Shown one piece after another: positions 53,601 to 64,000 of a stretch of 64,000 nt of DNA. The DNA is from Macrostomum lignano (Eukaryota). The stretch covers positions 62,001 to 126,000 of the forward strand of contig NIVC01001249.1 in NCBI GenBank assembly GCA_002269645.1, written 5' to 3'. The translations under genes were made by a program, and so were the position numbers. The first letter of the stretch is position 1. Each line of letters begins with the position of its first letter. The notes under the pieces were generated by a model. It worked only from the letters and a program-made list of their open reading frames with translations. It searched no databases and had not been told where the DNA came from.

Positions 53601-56600
53601 CAGTCTCCAACCCGCAGCAGACGGTCGCCAATTCTAACAGAAGCCAGGGCGGGCGGCGCCTCCCCGTCTGCGGTCGGCAGGACAGCCAGCACGCAGACGC
53701 CGCCACTGGGCAAGTCGCCGAGCTGCAGTGGCAGCGGTCGGGAGCCGTCAGCTTCTCGCGGCAGAGGCACCAGCACTGAGTAGGCAGCCGCCGACTGCGG
53801 CAGGTACGGCGACCTTAATTAGACAGGTTGGGTGAATTGGGGTTGTGGGTGAATTGAGGTGGTGGGTGAATTGGGGTGGTGGGTGGATTGGGGTGGTGGG
53901 GTATTTAGGGTGGTGGGTGAATTGGGGTAGTGGGTGGATTGGGGTGGTGAGTGAATTGGGGTTGTGGGTGAATTGGGGTGGTGGGTGAATTGGGGTGGTG
54001 GGGTATTTGTTGTGGAGGGTAAATTGGGGTGGTGGGGTATTTGAGATGGTGGGTGAATAGGGTCGCGGGTGAAATGGGCCTAGAAAGCCTAGAAAGCCCA
54101 CCTGGTCGCAATGCCGATTCCCACACCAGTGCTGCCGTCGTCGCTGAATGAGTCGCCGGCCTCGGAGCCGGTGGCGCCGCTGACAGCCGCCGCGGCCTCC
54201 GTCTCGTCCTCCTCTAGGATCTCCTCGTCGTCGGTTGGCGCGGGGTCGAACTCGCGCAGCACGCGGATCCGAACGCGGCGCGGGGCGGCCCGCAGCGCCT
54301 CCACGCAGTCCTCGTGACGCATCCGGGATACGTCGGTGTCGTTGACGGCCAGCAGGCGGTCGCCCGGGCGGAGAACCCCGTCTGACAGGGCCGGGTCGCG
54401 CACGATGCTGCGGATGTAGCAGCCGCCCGTGGTGTCCTGGCCGCCTGCGACCAGGAAGCCCAGGCCGCCGCCGCTGACCTCGTCCTGCATGAGGATGAAT
54501 GAGAATGCGCTTGAGTACAGACCAACACAGCCATTGAGCACTGCAGACCTTGAGCATCACAGACCTTGAACATCAAGGAAATGAAAAGCCCACAGCTTTA
54601 GGCCAGGACACTTTGTACAATTAAAATCAGCACATACCTTGTACAGCACCATCACACACCTCGTACAGCACCATCACACACCTTGTACAGCACCATCACA
54701 CACCTTGTACAGCACCATCACACACCTTGTACAGCACCATCACACACCTTGTACAGCACCATCACACACCTTGTACAGCACCATCACACACCTTGTACAG
54801 CACCATCACACACCTCGTACAGCACCATCACACACCTTGTACAGCACCATCACACACCTCGTACAGCACCATCACACACCTTGTACAGCACCATCACACA
54901 CCTTGTACAGCACCATCACACACCTCGTACAGCACCATCACACACCTTGTACAGCACCATCACACACCTTGTACAGCACAGTCTCCACCAATCCAGGCGC
55001 CTCCTTGGCGTCGATCTCAGCCAACCGTCGGGTCATTCGATCGATCAGCGAGTCCTCGTCTATCGACGTAGACAGCCGCAGAGAGTCAGTGGTCGGCGCA
55101 CCTGCCGCCGACGCCTCCTCAGTGGGCTCTGGGCTGAGCAGCAGTGGCACCCGGGGCCGTGCGATGTACAACCGCATGGGACTCGGCGCCGACCGCAGCA
55201 TGGCAACAATGTCGCTGTGGCTCCGGCCGTACACCGGCTGATCGGCGATCTCCAGCAGCAGGTCGCCCTCCCGCAGCAGCCGCTGCACGGACTCGTGGCT
55301 GTGCTCCAGCACGCGCTTCACTCGGCCAAAGTGGCGAAGCGTCGAAACTCCGGCAAGGCCGTCGTCAGAAGAGACGCTGTCCCCGGTGCCAGATGTTGAG
55401 ATGCCGGGATGGTAGCCGCCTGACACCTGTCCGGTATGATAGATTTCATTAATTTTCTAATCAAAAAGTTTGTGAATAATTCATAAGAAGATGGCCAGAT
55501 GCTAACTTTTTAAAAGCAAAGAGCAAAGAATCATTTACTAGTATATAGATAACCATCGGAAAATTACCGATGACGTAAGTTGCTATTTTTAGAACGAAAC
55601 ATCCATTCTATTTTTAGCTACAAAAAGATCAATTTTATGATGACGTAAGTTGCTATTTTTAGAACGAAAAAGCAATTCTATTTTTAGCTACAGATGCGTC
55701 TATTTTATGATGATGTAAGTTGCTATTTTTAGTTATAGACCAATCAATAGATGATGACTTATATTGCTAGTTTTAGAAGAAGAAAAACTGCATTTTTCAA
55801 CCGGCCTAATAAATGAGTACCTGAATGCCCACACTGCCACCGTCAGTCTTGTACACCGTAACCGGCAGGCAGTCGCAGTGGCTACTCAGCTGGGGGAAGG
55901 CCTCTTCAAGCCGTTTCCGGCCGGCCAGAACGGAGGCCGAGTCCAGCAGGCTGGAGTCCGGCGAGCCGACGCTGACGCCGACGCCTCCGCTGCCAACGCC
56001 GCCGAGGCTGTCACCGCCGTCTTCCGTTGTTGTCGGACTATCGGGCGGCGGCGGCAGCGCCTCGGGCGGCTGCGAGGACTGGCCGCGCTGCAGGTGGAAC
56101 ACGGAGATCTCCGGGGCGGACAGCAGCGTCTCCATGGCAACCTTGTGCGTCACCCGTTCCAAGCTGACGCTGTTCACCCACAGTATTTTGTCGTTGATAC
56201 GCATTCGGGCGTCCAGATCGGCGGCGCCGCCTTTGGCGATGGACTTCACGTAGATGGCGCCGCCCTCCAGGTTGGTGTTGGTGCCACCCTGCAGATGATT
56301 GATGGGGCTTCTATCTAACTTCATTGCAAGCCCAACCAGTTAGAATAAGTTTCGTATTCTTTACTTTTTTACTGTACGTCTTATTCTAAGAAAGTTGCCA
56401 CACACCCAGACGTAAAAGCCGAAGCTGTCGTCCTTCTTCCTCAGCGTGACCTTGAACCGGTCGCCGGGCAGCAGGTCCCGGACGCCGCCGCTGCTCATTC
56501 GGCTGAGCTGAGAAGCCTTCCGATCCAACTCCAGCTGGTGCCTGCTCTTCACGATGATCGTGTCCTGCGTGGAGGCCGTGCCCTCCGAGGAGCCTGGCGC

Positions 56601-56867
56601 AGTATGGGAGTTCACTCACTTAATTAGTCAATCACTCACTCACTCACTCCATCACTCAGTCACTCACTTGCTCACCCAATCACTCACTCACACACTCACT
56701 TACTCACTCACTCACTCAATCAATCCCTAAGTCACACAGTCACTTGCTCACTTAATCACTTAATCCTTCACTTGCTCACTCACTCACTTAATCAATCAAT
56801 CACTCACTCACTCACACACTTAATTCACTCACTCACTCACTCACTCACTCACTCACTCACTCACTCA

Positions 56868-56928
<61 letters not shown>

Positions 56929-57031
56929 TCATTCACTCGCTCACTCACTCACTTGCTCACTCATTCGCTCATTCACTCACTCACTCACTCACTCACTCAC
57001 TCACTCACTCACTCACTCACTCACTCACTCA

Positions 57032-57092
<61 letters not shown>

Positions 57093-60000
57093 TCATTCAC
57101 TCGCTCACTCACTCACTTGCTCACTCACTTACTCGCTCAGTCAGTCAGTCACTCACTCACTCACTCACTCACTCACTCACTCACTCGCTCACTCATTCGC
57201 TCATTCACTCACTCACCGCCATCATCGTCGCCCGGCCCGGCCGCGGCAGGCGTGACGGTGAAGGTGGGCAGCGTGGGATTGGAGGCCCATCGCCGCCCGC
57301 TGCCGCCAGCCCCCGGAGTCAGTTTAGTCGGCGACGCGGAAGTTGCAATCTGCGGCGGCGGCGGCCGGAGCGGCGGCACCGGCTTCGACAACGCAAAGCC
57401 GACGGCGCCCGCCATCTCCTGGTCCTCGGCGCCACCGGCATCATCCGGCGACGTCAGGTCGAAGATGTCGCTGAGGCTGCCCGAGGCCCCCGCGCCGCGG
57501 TCGAGCCGTCTGGAGCGGCGCCTACGCTGCGGCGACCGGCGGTCCTGGCGTCGCCGACGGGCCGACGAAGCCGTGTCGTCGTCTTCGGCCTCAGCCTCGG
57601 CGCCGCCGCCGTCGGAGCTGTAGGAGGCGGAGCCGGATGAAACCGTCGGCGCGCTGCCACCGCCGGCGCCTACGCTGTCCATGTGCAAGCGCGCTAGGCC
57701 GGAGCTGTCGGTGGCTGCCGACACCGGGTTGACTTCGTCGTCGACATCCTCGCCGTGCACGAAGGTGTCGCTGTTGTCGCCAAGGCGACTCAGCATCGAG
57801 CGAACGCGGACGGTCGAGACGGCGGCGTTGGCTGCGCCGGAGGTCGCCTGGGGCCGGCTGTGCCGCAGTCTCGGCTGAACCGCCACCGAGGAGCTGAAAG
57901 TGAGTGAATGAGCGAGTGAGTAAGTGAGTGAGTGAGTGAGTGAGTGAGTGAGTGAGTGAGTGAGTGAGTGAGTGAGTGAGTGAGTGAGTGAGTGAGTGAG
58001 TGAGTGAGTGATTGAGTAAGTGAGTGAGCGAGTGAGTGAGTGAGTGAGTGAGTGAGTGAGTGAGTGAGTGAGTGAGTGAGTGAGCGAGTGAGTGAGTGAG
58101 CGAGTGAGTGAGTGAGTGAGTGAGTGAGTGAGTGAGTGAGTGAGTGAGTGAGTGAGTGAGTGAGTGAGTGAGTGAGTGATTGAGTAAGTGAGTGAGCGAG
58201 TGAGTGAGTGAGTGAGTGAGTGAGTGAGTGAGTGAGCGAGTGAGTGAGTGAGTGAGTGAGTGAGTGAGTGAGTGAGTGAGTGAGTGAGTGATTGAGTGAG
58301 TGAGTGAGTGAGTGAGTGAGTGAGTGAGTGAGTGAGTGAGTGAGTGAGTGAGTGAGTGAGTGAGTGACTGAGTGAGTGAATGACTGACTGAGCGAGTAAG
58401 TGAGTGAGCGAGTGAGTGAGTGAGTGAGCGAGTGAGTGAGTGAGTGAGTGAGTGAGTGAGTGAGTGAGTGAGTGAGTGAGTGAGTGAGTGAGTGAGTGAG
58501 TGAGTGAGTGAGTGGGTGAGCATCGACAATCATGTTTTTTTTCCGAGTAAGATAAAACTTGCGAAGCCAACACATTCATCAGAAACTTTATGGGGTTTAA
58601 AATGCGATTCAAAAATACCTATTAGTAATGAACTGATATGTTAAGGTATAGATACGATGACTGTAAGATAGATTTGATTTGATTTGACCACTGTAGCATC
58701 TGCAACTCCTTGGCAAGCATTGAAGCTTCACTAAAAAGCACTGGAAGCTTCCCCTAGTAACACCGATGCTACCTTAGCAACCGGTAACCAATCAAAAAGC
58801 CGCAAACCTGGCTCTAGCAGGTCCAGAAGCCACCATTCGCTGCTGCTGCCCCTGCCCAGTACCGCCGCCTCCGCTGCTCAGAGTCTGCGAAGCCCAGCGC
58901 TGCACGCCGCCGGTCGCGGACTCGGACAGCTCCGGCCAAGAGGCGCTCATCCGGCCGGACCAGTCGTGCAGCTGGCTGCACAGCGCCGCCAGATACTTGC
59001 CGAGTTTGGCGCCGCTCAGCTGGAAGTTCAGCCGGCCCAACTCGCGGCCGTTGACGCGCAGCGAAGTTGTGGAAGCTACGACTAGCTTGGCGCCTTTGAA
59101 GGACACCTTCTCGGCGTCCTGCCAGGCCAGGCGGTGCAGCGGCGGCGACACCGGCTGGCGGCAGCGGCTGCCCGAGTCCCCAGCCGCCCTGGCCACCAGG
59201 AGGCCGCGCAGCGACACTCCGAGCAGCAGGGGGGCTGCAGGCTCCGTGGCGGAGGCGGCGCCGGCCATGGCGAACAAATGGAATCCGTAATGAGGCAGCG
59301 CCATCGCGGCCATGCAGAATTGGCGACCGCTGAGCGCGCGCGACGAAGCGTTGAACGTCGAGACGCGACGCCATTCGTTGACGAGTTTTGCTGAGAGATC
59401 CGCCTGCTGCTGCTGCTCGAGCAGTGACTTCGGCATGTACTGCTCAAGTCTGGTGGTTATTTTAGGTACATGCAGGCTTACCGACTGATGGTTACGTCAG
59501 TTAACTAGCTTACCAACTAATGATGACGTAAAAGGATTTAGTTAGAAGCTAGCTAACTCACGGAAGATGACGTAGGTGGCTATTTTTAGAAACTAGCTTA
59601 TAAACTGATAATGACGTAAGTGGCTATTTTTAGAAACTAGCTTATTAACTGGTGATGACGTAAGTGGCTATTTTTAGAAACTAGCTCATAAACTGGTAAT
59701 GCCGTAAGTGGCTATTTTTAGAAACTAGCTCATAAACTGGTAATGACGTAAGTGGCTATTTTTAGAAACTAGCTTATTAACTGGTGATGACGTAAGTGGC
59801 TATTTTTAGAAACTAGCTTATAAACTGGTAATGACGTAAGTGGCTATTTTTAGAAACTAGCTTATTAACTGGTGATGACGTGGGCGGCTACTTTTAGAAA
59901 CTTGATTAACAAAAACAACGCCTTCAAAACTTACTTGAAGGGGGGAGCGGCCGTGCCGTCTTCTGCCGCTGACGGCGCAGGGGCCGCGCCCAGCTCCTGG

Positions 60001-63000
60001 TGCAGCGCCAGGCCGGCCAGCTGGATTGCGGCCGCCTCTTCAGCTGGCAGCGTCGCATCAAGCAGGGCTCGACGAAGCAGCAGGTAGAGCAGACGGCGGG
60101 AGCCGGCGCTGTTTGTGCGGGCGGGAGGGTGGGCTGCTGTGACTTCTGAGTTAGCGAATTGAGGCTGTAAGCGAAATATCATTTGTCACTCTTGAGCCTT
60201 TCATTTTGTCACTCTCCTTTCACTCTCAATCTCAAGTCTTAGAGCTTGCCTTAGTAACCCTTGAAGATGCCCCTAGCGACCCTTTGATCTTCACTTAGCA
60301 ACCCTTTGAGCATTCCCTAGTAACCATTTGATCTTCACTTAGCAACCCTTTGAGCATTCCCTAGCAACCATTTGATCGTCAAGCAACCATTTGATCGTCA
60401 AGCAACCCTTTGAGCATTCCCTAGCAACTCTTTGAGCATTCCCTAGCAACCATTTGATCTTCCCTTAGGAACCCTTGGAGCATGCCCTAGCAACCATTGG
60501 ATCTTCACTTAGCAACCCTTGGAGCTTCCCTTAGCAACCCTGGGGCATTCCCTAGCAACCATTGGATCTTGATCACTTAGCAACCCTTAAAGCATGCCCT
60601 AGAAACCATTTGATCTTCCCTTAGCATCCTTGGAGCTTCCCCTAGCAACCTTTTCATCTTCCCTTAGCACCCTTAGAGCATGCCCTAGCAACCGTTTATA
60701 TTCCCTTAGCAACCCTTGGAGCATGCCAAAACAAATTTAATTGTCTTCACCCTTTGTCATATGCAATTGCAGCTTATCACACTCTTCCTTTTTCACTCAA
60801 AACGATTCAACGAGCTGCCGGTCACTCACGGCACCAAATCGACGCTCTCAGGATAAAATTTGAGTCGCAGCGTGAGCTGCAGCAGGGTGCCACCGCGGCC
60901 GCCGCCTCCTTCGCCGCCGCCACCGGCCCCACCGCCAGATCTTTTCAAAGAGGCGGAGCGCGAGGACACGCTGAGCCAGTCTTTGGGCGCCTGTTTGGCC
61001 ATGCGGACGTTCTCCAATATGAATCGGTTTTCGCCGTCTAAAATAAAAAAATATGTCAATATTCGCATATTCGAGTTTGCTACTATTAGTAATAGAAATA
61101 AGATAAACGTTTTTTTGACATCTATCAGCCACTATCGTCCTCACCAACTAGCATGGTCAGTCCCAGCAGGTGGTCGATGCCGGAATTGACGTAGTCAAAC
61201 ACGCAGCGGATGAGCTCGCGGCCCAGAGTGTTGGCCGAGCAGGTCAGGGCGAGCCTCTCGCCAGTCGGTAGGTGAACTCTGACCTCCCTGTTCAGTTTGT
61301 TCTGATCTCGCTGTTAAGCAGATCCCAAGTTAAGCAGAGTTAATAGTGGTTAGTACACAACTAAATGCCTTTTTTCGTCCATTAAGGAAACAGTCATAAT
61401 CAATTCTACTTCTCAAACTCACCGACAATCGCAACGGAGATTTCGACGAACTCCCTGCCACAGTGGCCGATGACGTCGATAGGGCGACAGGTGTCGGCGC
61501 GTTGCCCTGGTGGGCTGTAAATTTAGCGCCTGTGAACTCGTCGTCAAAGCCGCCGATATCCTCAGTGTCGGCCTCCAAATGGAGCAGCGAAGTGTCATCG
61601 ATTGCATCGTCGTTGACGTTGAAAGCCGTGGCAGCGGCGACCGCCCCGGTGTCGACAGTCACTGCCGCCTGCGGCTGCTGCTGTTGCTGCTGCTGTAGCG
61701 GCGGTGCCGACATCGGCAGTGTCGGCAGTCTGCGCCGCGCGCTCGGCGAAGATTTCGGCGACGATGACGGTAGCGGCGGAGTGGGCAGCTTAGCGGGCTG
61801 CGACGAAGGCTCCGCAGCTGGGATCGGCGGTGTAAAGGCAGCCAGATCGGCGCCGGTGTCGGTGCCGACGTCCAGGGTTTGCTTCGGCGACGATTCGAGC
61901 ACCAGCGGCTCGGTGGCTTCGTCGACTGTTGCGCATCTGCATGGCATAGCATTTTTTAAATTTAGTCTTACAAATATGAACAAAAAATGCCTATTTGCCT
62001 ACTTGTTTAATAAGTAGCTAAAAAGTCAAATTACTAAGAGTATTCACCTAGCCGTGACGACCAGAGCTTCAACGGCTTGGTCTGGAATCGTTGATAGACT
62101 TGGCATATTTAGTAGACCGGAACCGCTGCTTTCCAGGGCAACTGTAGATGCGTTCAACTCGCACTGAACAGAACTGTCTGTGACTTCGGGATTCATAGGA
62201 TCAGCCTTTGACTGACCGCTGCCGGCATCATCCAGCGGCATATGCGTCGGCGGTTTTGATGCTCTCGACTGTGCGTTAACTCCATAGTCTATTGAAATTC
62301 TGTAGCTGAAAAAATATTCAGCGTAAAAATAGGTAAATAGTTGGTTTGCGATTGTCATCTACTTATAGTAGACATATTGAACATTCTTTTAACAATCGTA
62401 CGAATCATGTAATAATAAATTACATCGAACTTCATTTTTTGTATCTTTGCTCACCATAGGCCACCAACTCCAGCAATTGCTCCATCAGCGAGCGCACAAG
62501 CGTAATCATACATTGTCATGAGCTGCCCATCATCCCTATTGGTCATATTGGTCTGGGACTTGTCCGGGACGTACAGTTTGTGATCAGCGATGGACACGAG
62601 TAGGTCGGCGTAGTTTGGCAAAGGACTTAGATAAGGAAAAGGAAGAAAGAAGAAAAATTACAAGTAAATGAATTTTTACGCTATTCACGTTTTATTCTTT
62701 TTTGGCTTTGGTTGATGGCTGTGCAAACAAACAGCTTTGTTAAGTTTTTTACGCAACATATCGGCGTCATTAAATATGAATAAAACATCAAGTTCGGCGT
62801 ATTTTTCACAGAGGGGAACGAAATACGTTTGGAAAAAAATTAAATTAAAAAAGCTTGCGTTGCTTTTGTGCGCAAAAAGGAGCTGTAACAGCCAGGTCCC
62901 ACCGAGATTCGAACTCGGGTCGCTGGATTCAAAGTCCAGAGTGCTAACCACTACACCATGGGACCTTAAACGAGCCGAAAAGACTGGAATCTATTTAAAC

Positions 63001-63781
63001 CCATGACGGTAGAGCAAATGAATGAGTCCCTTATAATAGTAAGGTCGCTATTCATTTACTGCTCTTCTAGCTCGTATTTCTACCTATTATTCTAACAATA
63101 TAATCTTCTTCGACCTTCAACGAGTTCAGGATAGGGGTTAACTAAACATAAATAGATATGAATTATTCTTTTATAATTTTCTGCTTTTTTAGTTTGTTTA
63201 GAATACGTAAACGTACGTTGTGTTCAAGCTACTAAAACCGTAGCTTAACGTATGAAATATGAAGAATCATTAACTAAAATATGCTATAATAGGCCCGTCT
63301 CGATGATTCATTGGTTCTTGATTACCTGAAGCAGACGTAATTAGGTCTTCACCAATAAATGATAAAAAACTACACTACTTCTCATCTATTGTAAGTAGAC
63401 ACTGAGGACATGACTGCTCAAAAAATATGTGGACATATTTTTCCTAATTAATATACTACAATATAAAAAATTACCCCTCATATGGGTCCAAACGCTTGGC
63501 GATCAAACCGGGATCGCCATTTTGATGACGCGTATCCATGGCAACTGAGGCGAATAGCGTCGACAAGGTTGGACAACAGATTTGCTGCAGATGCGGCTTG
63601 AAGTCTAAACAGGACTGAAATGTTTGTTTATTAGATAAGCTAAATAGGAAGTCCTTTGACATCACTTTCATATTGCAAATGGGTGACTTACATTGATGAA
63701 GAACTCGGCATCAAGCAGTTGGCGATTTTCAATTTCAGAGCACAGAGAAGCAATTAAAGTGTCAAGTTCGTCACTTGGAGC
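47603..63781 (-). CDS. PTPN13: PTPN13/PTP-BAS-like KIND-FERM-PDZx4-PTP(-like) protein, 5'-partial (about 2065 aa in window)
   Basis: Exons 63781-63692, 63614-63475, 62625-62455, 62305-62048, 61936-61423, 61310-61145, 61037-60830, 60108-59935, 59449-58808, 57893-57217, 56593-56406, 56288-55821, 55426-54968, 54484-54102, 53813-53570, 52891-52754, 52159-51466, 51026-50584, 47743-47603. All phases are consistent. KIND-like end (ELDTLIASLCSE), FERM (EVRVHLPTGE, LRLKFYP, LPHYGFHLF, LLLGVSLRGL), PDZ motifs (SFGFYVWGG, GGLGFLVAGG, GDRLLAVN), PTP-fold remnants (EFWRRV, LWP, EQYRLLY). Confidence 0.85.
49603..50430. repeat. 46-bp intronic minisatellite (about 18 copies)
   Basis: Unit ctgcagaacggagggtccggattggataggacagggtgtgaggtcg. 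Confidence 0.95.
51065..51335. repeat. 22-bp intronic minisatellite (about 12 copies)
   Basis: Unit ggatacggagtgacagattcta. Confidence 0.85.
52193..52492. repeat. 22-bp intronic minisatellite (about 13 copies)
   Basis: Unit gggcacctttgggatgtgtatt. Confidence 0.92.
52930..53563. repeat. C-rich composite intronic repeat (G-rich on the transcript)
   Basis: ccgccccaccat / ccgcccaccgt units. Confidence 0.9.
53825..54058. repeat. G-rich intronic repeat (C-rich on the transcript)
   Basis: ggggtggtgggtgaatt units. Confidence 0.85.
54636..54979. repeat. 22-bp minisatellite made of the exon end plus 5' splice site (about 15 copies)
   Basis: Minus-strand unit GTGCTGTACAAG-GTGTGTGATG. The first unit is the true exon/intron junction at 54968/54967. 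Confidence 0.9.
56617..57216. repeat. (CACT)n/(CA)n microsatellite filling an intron; (UGAG)n on the transcript
   Basis: Starts at the donor GTGAGT at 57216. Confidence 0.95.
57900..58517. repeat. (GAGT)n microsatellite; (CUCA)n on the transcript
   Basis: Ends a few nt before the acceptor at 57894. Confidence 0.95.
59545..59900. repeat. 44-bp intronic minisatellite (about 8 copies); related copies at about 55565-55735
   Basis: Unit tgacgtaagtggctatttttagaaactagcttattaactggtga. Confidence 0.88.
60255..60720. repeat. Degenerate composite intronic minisatellite (about 22-24-bp subunits)
   Basis: ctagcaaccatttgatcttcac / ttagcaaccctttgagcattccc units. Confidence 0.8.
62894..62965 (-). tRNA. 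trnQ-TTG: tRNA-Gln (anticodon TTG), intronic in the PTPN13-like gene
   Basis: GGTCCCATGGTGTAGTGGTTAGCACTCTGGACTTTGAATCCAGCGACCCGAGTTCGAATCTCGGTGGGACCT. Full cloverleaf, A and B boxes, and a T-run Pol III terminator about 15 nt downstream. Confidence 0.96.
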
Positions 63782-63844
63782 CTGCGACTGGGCAGAGTGG
63801 GAGAAAGCATGCGGTGTAATGTGGGTTGATAGCAGGTGAGGGTA

Positions 63845-64000
63845 TATCTAACAGGTTAGTAACAGATTGGCGCCCATCTAACAGCTAAGTTACAGATTGG
63901 CGCATATCTAACAGCTAAGTAACAGGTTGGCGCATATCTAACAGGTAAGTAGCAGGTTGGCGCCTATCTAACAGGTAAGTAGCAGGTTGGCGCCTATCTA
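63845..64000. repeat. 30-bp minisatellite running off the window end
   Basis: Unit atctaacaggtaagtagcaggttggcgcct. Confidence 0.85.

Noticed and set aside
62517-62519. ATG (MTMYDY) as the start of the PTPN13-like gene
   Set aside because: The frame stays open to an acceptor at 62626 and joins upstream exons with KIND-like sequence, so the gene begins beyond the window.

Overview
Eukaryotic, intron-rich and extremely repeat-rich genomic DNA from an invertebrate. GC-rich exons with Gln/Ala/Gly runs, dense micro/minisatellites, orphan rhodopsin-type GPCRs and a two-domain small HSP suggest a flatworm such as Macrostomum (inference only). Genes reconstructed by hand from GT-AG junctions with consistent phases: (i) three tandem paralogous two-exon orphan class-A GPCR genes on the minus strand (copy A has only exon 1 in the window); (ii) a complete 13-coding-exon GluN2-type NMDA receptor subunit on the plus strand (about 1236 aa, ending ESVL); (iii) a 5'-partial small HSP with two alpha-crystallin domains; (iv) a 5'-partial PTPN13-like gene (end of KIND, FERM, 4 PDZ, PTP-like domain; 19 exons, about 2065 aa in the window) whose phosphatase domain lacks every catalytic motif; (v) an intronic tRNA-Gln(TTG). 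Mobile DNA: a decayed IS630/Tc1-type transposase, a Gypsy 3' end with its LTR, two tRNA-derived CORE-like SINEs, hAT-type and other MITEs, and a GATA-bearing unit inserted in a satellite. The strongest leads are the PTPN13 pseudophosphatase next to a PDZ-ligand-bearing GluN2, a 677-nt exon bracketed by about 600-nt complementary (CUCA)n/(UGAG)n intronic arms, a minisatellite built from a splice donor, and a GPCR intron whose first 7 nt are duplicated at the start of the next exon. No prokaryotic features or CRISPR arrays were seen.
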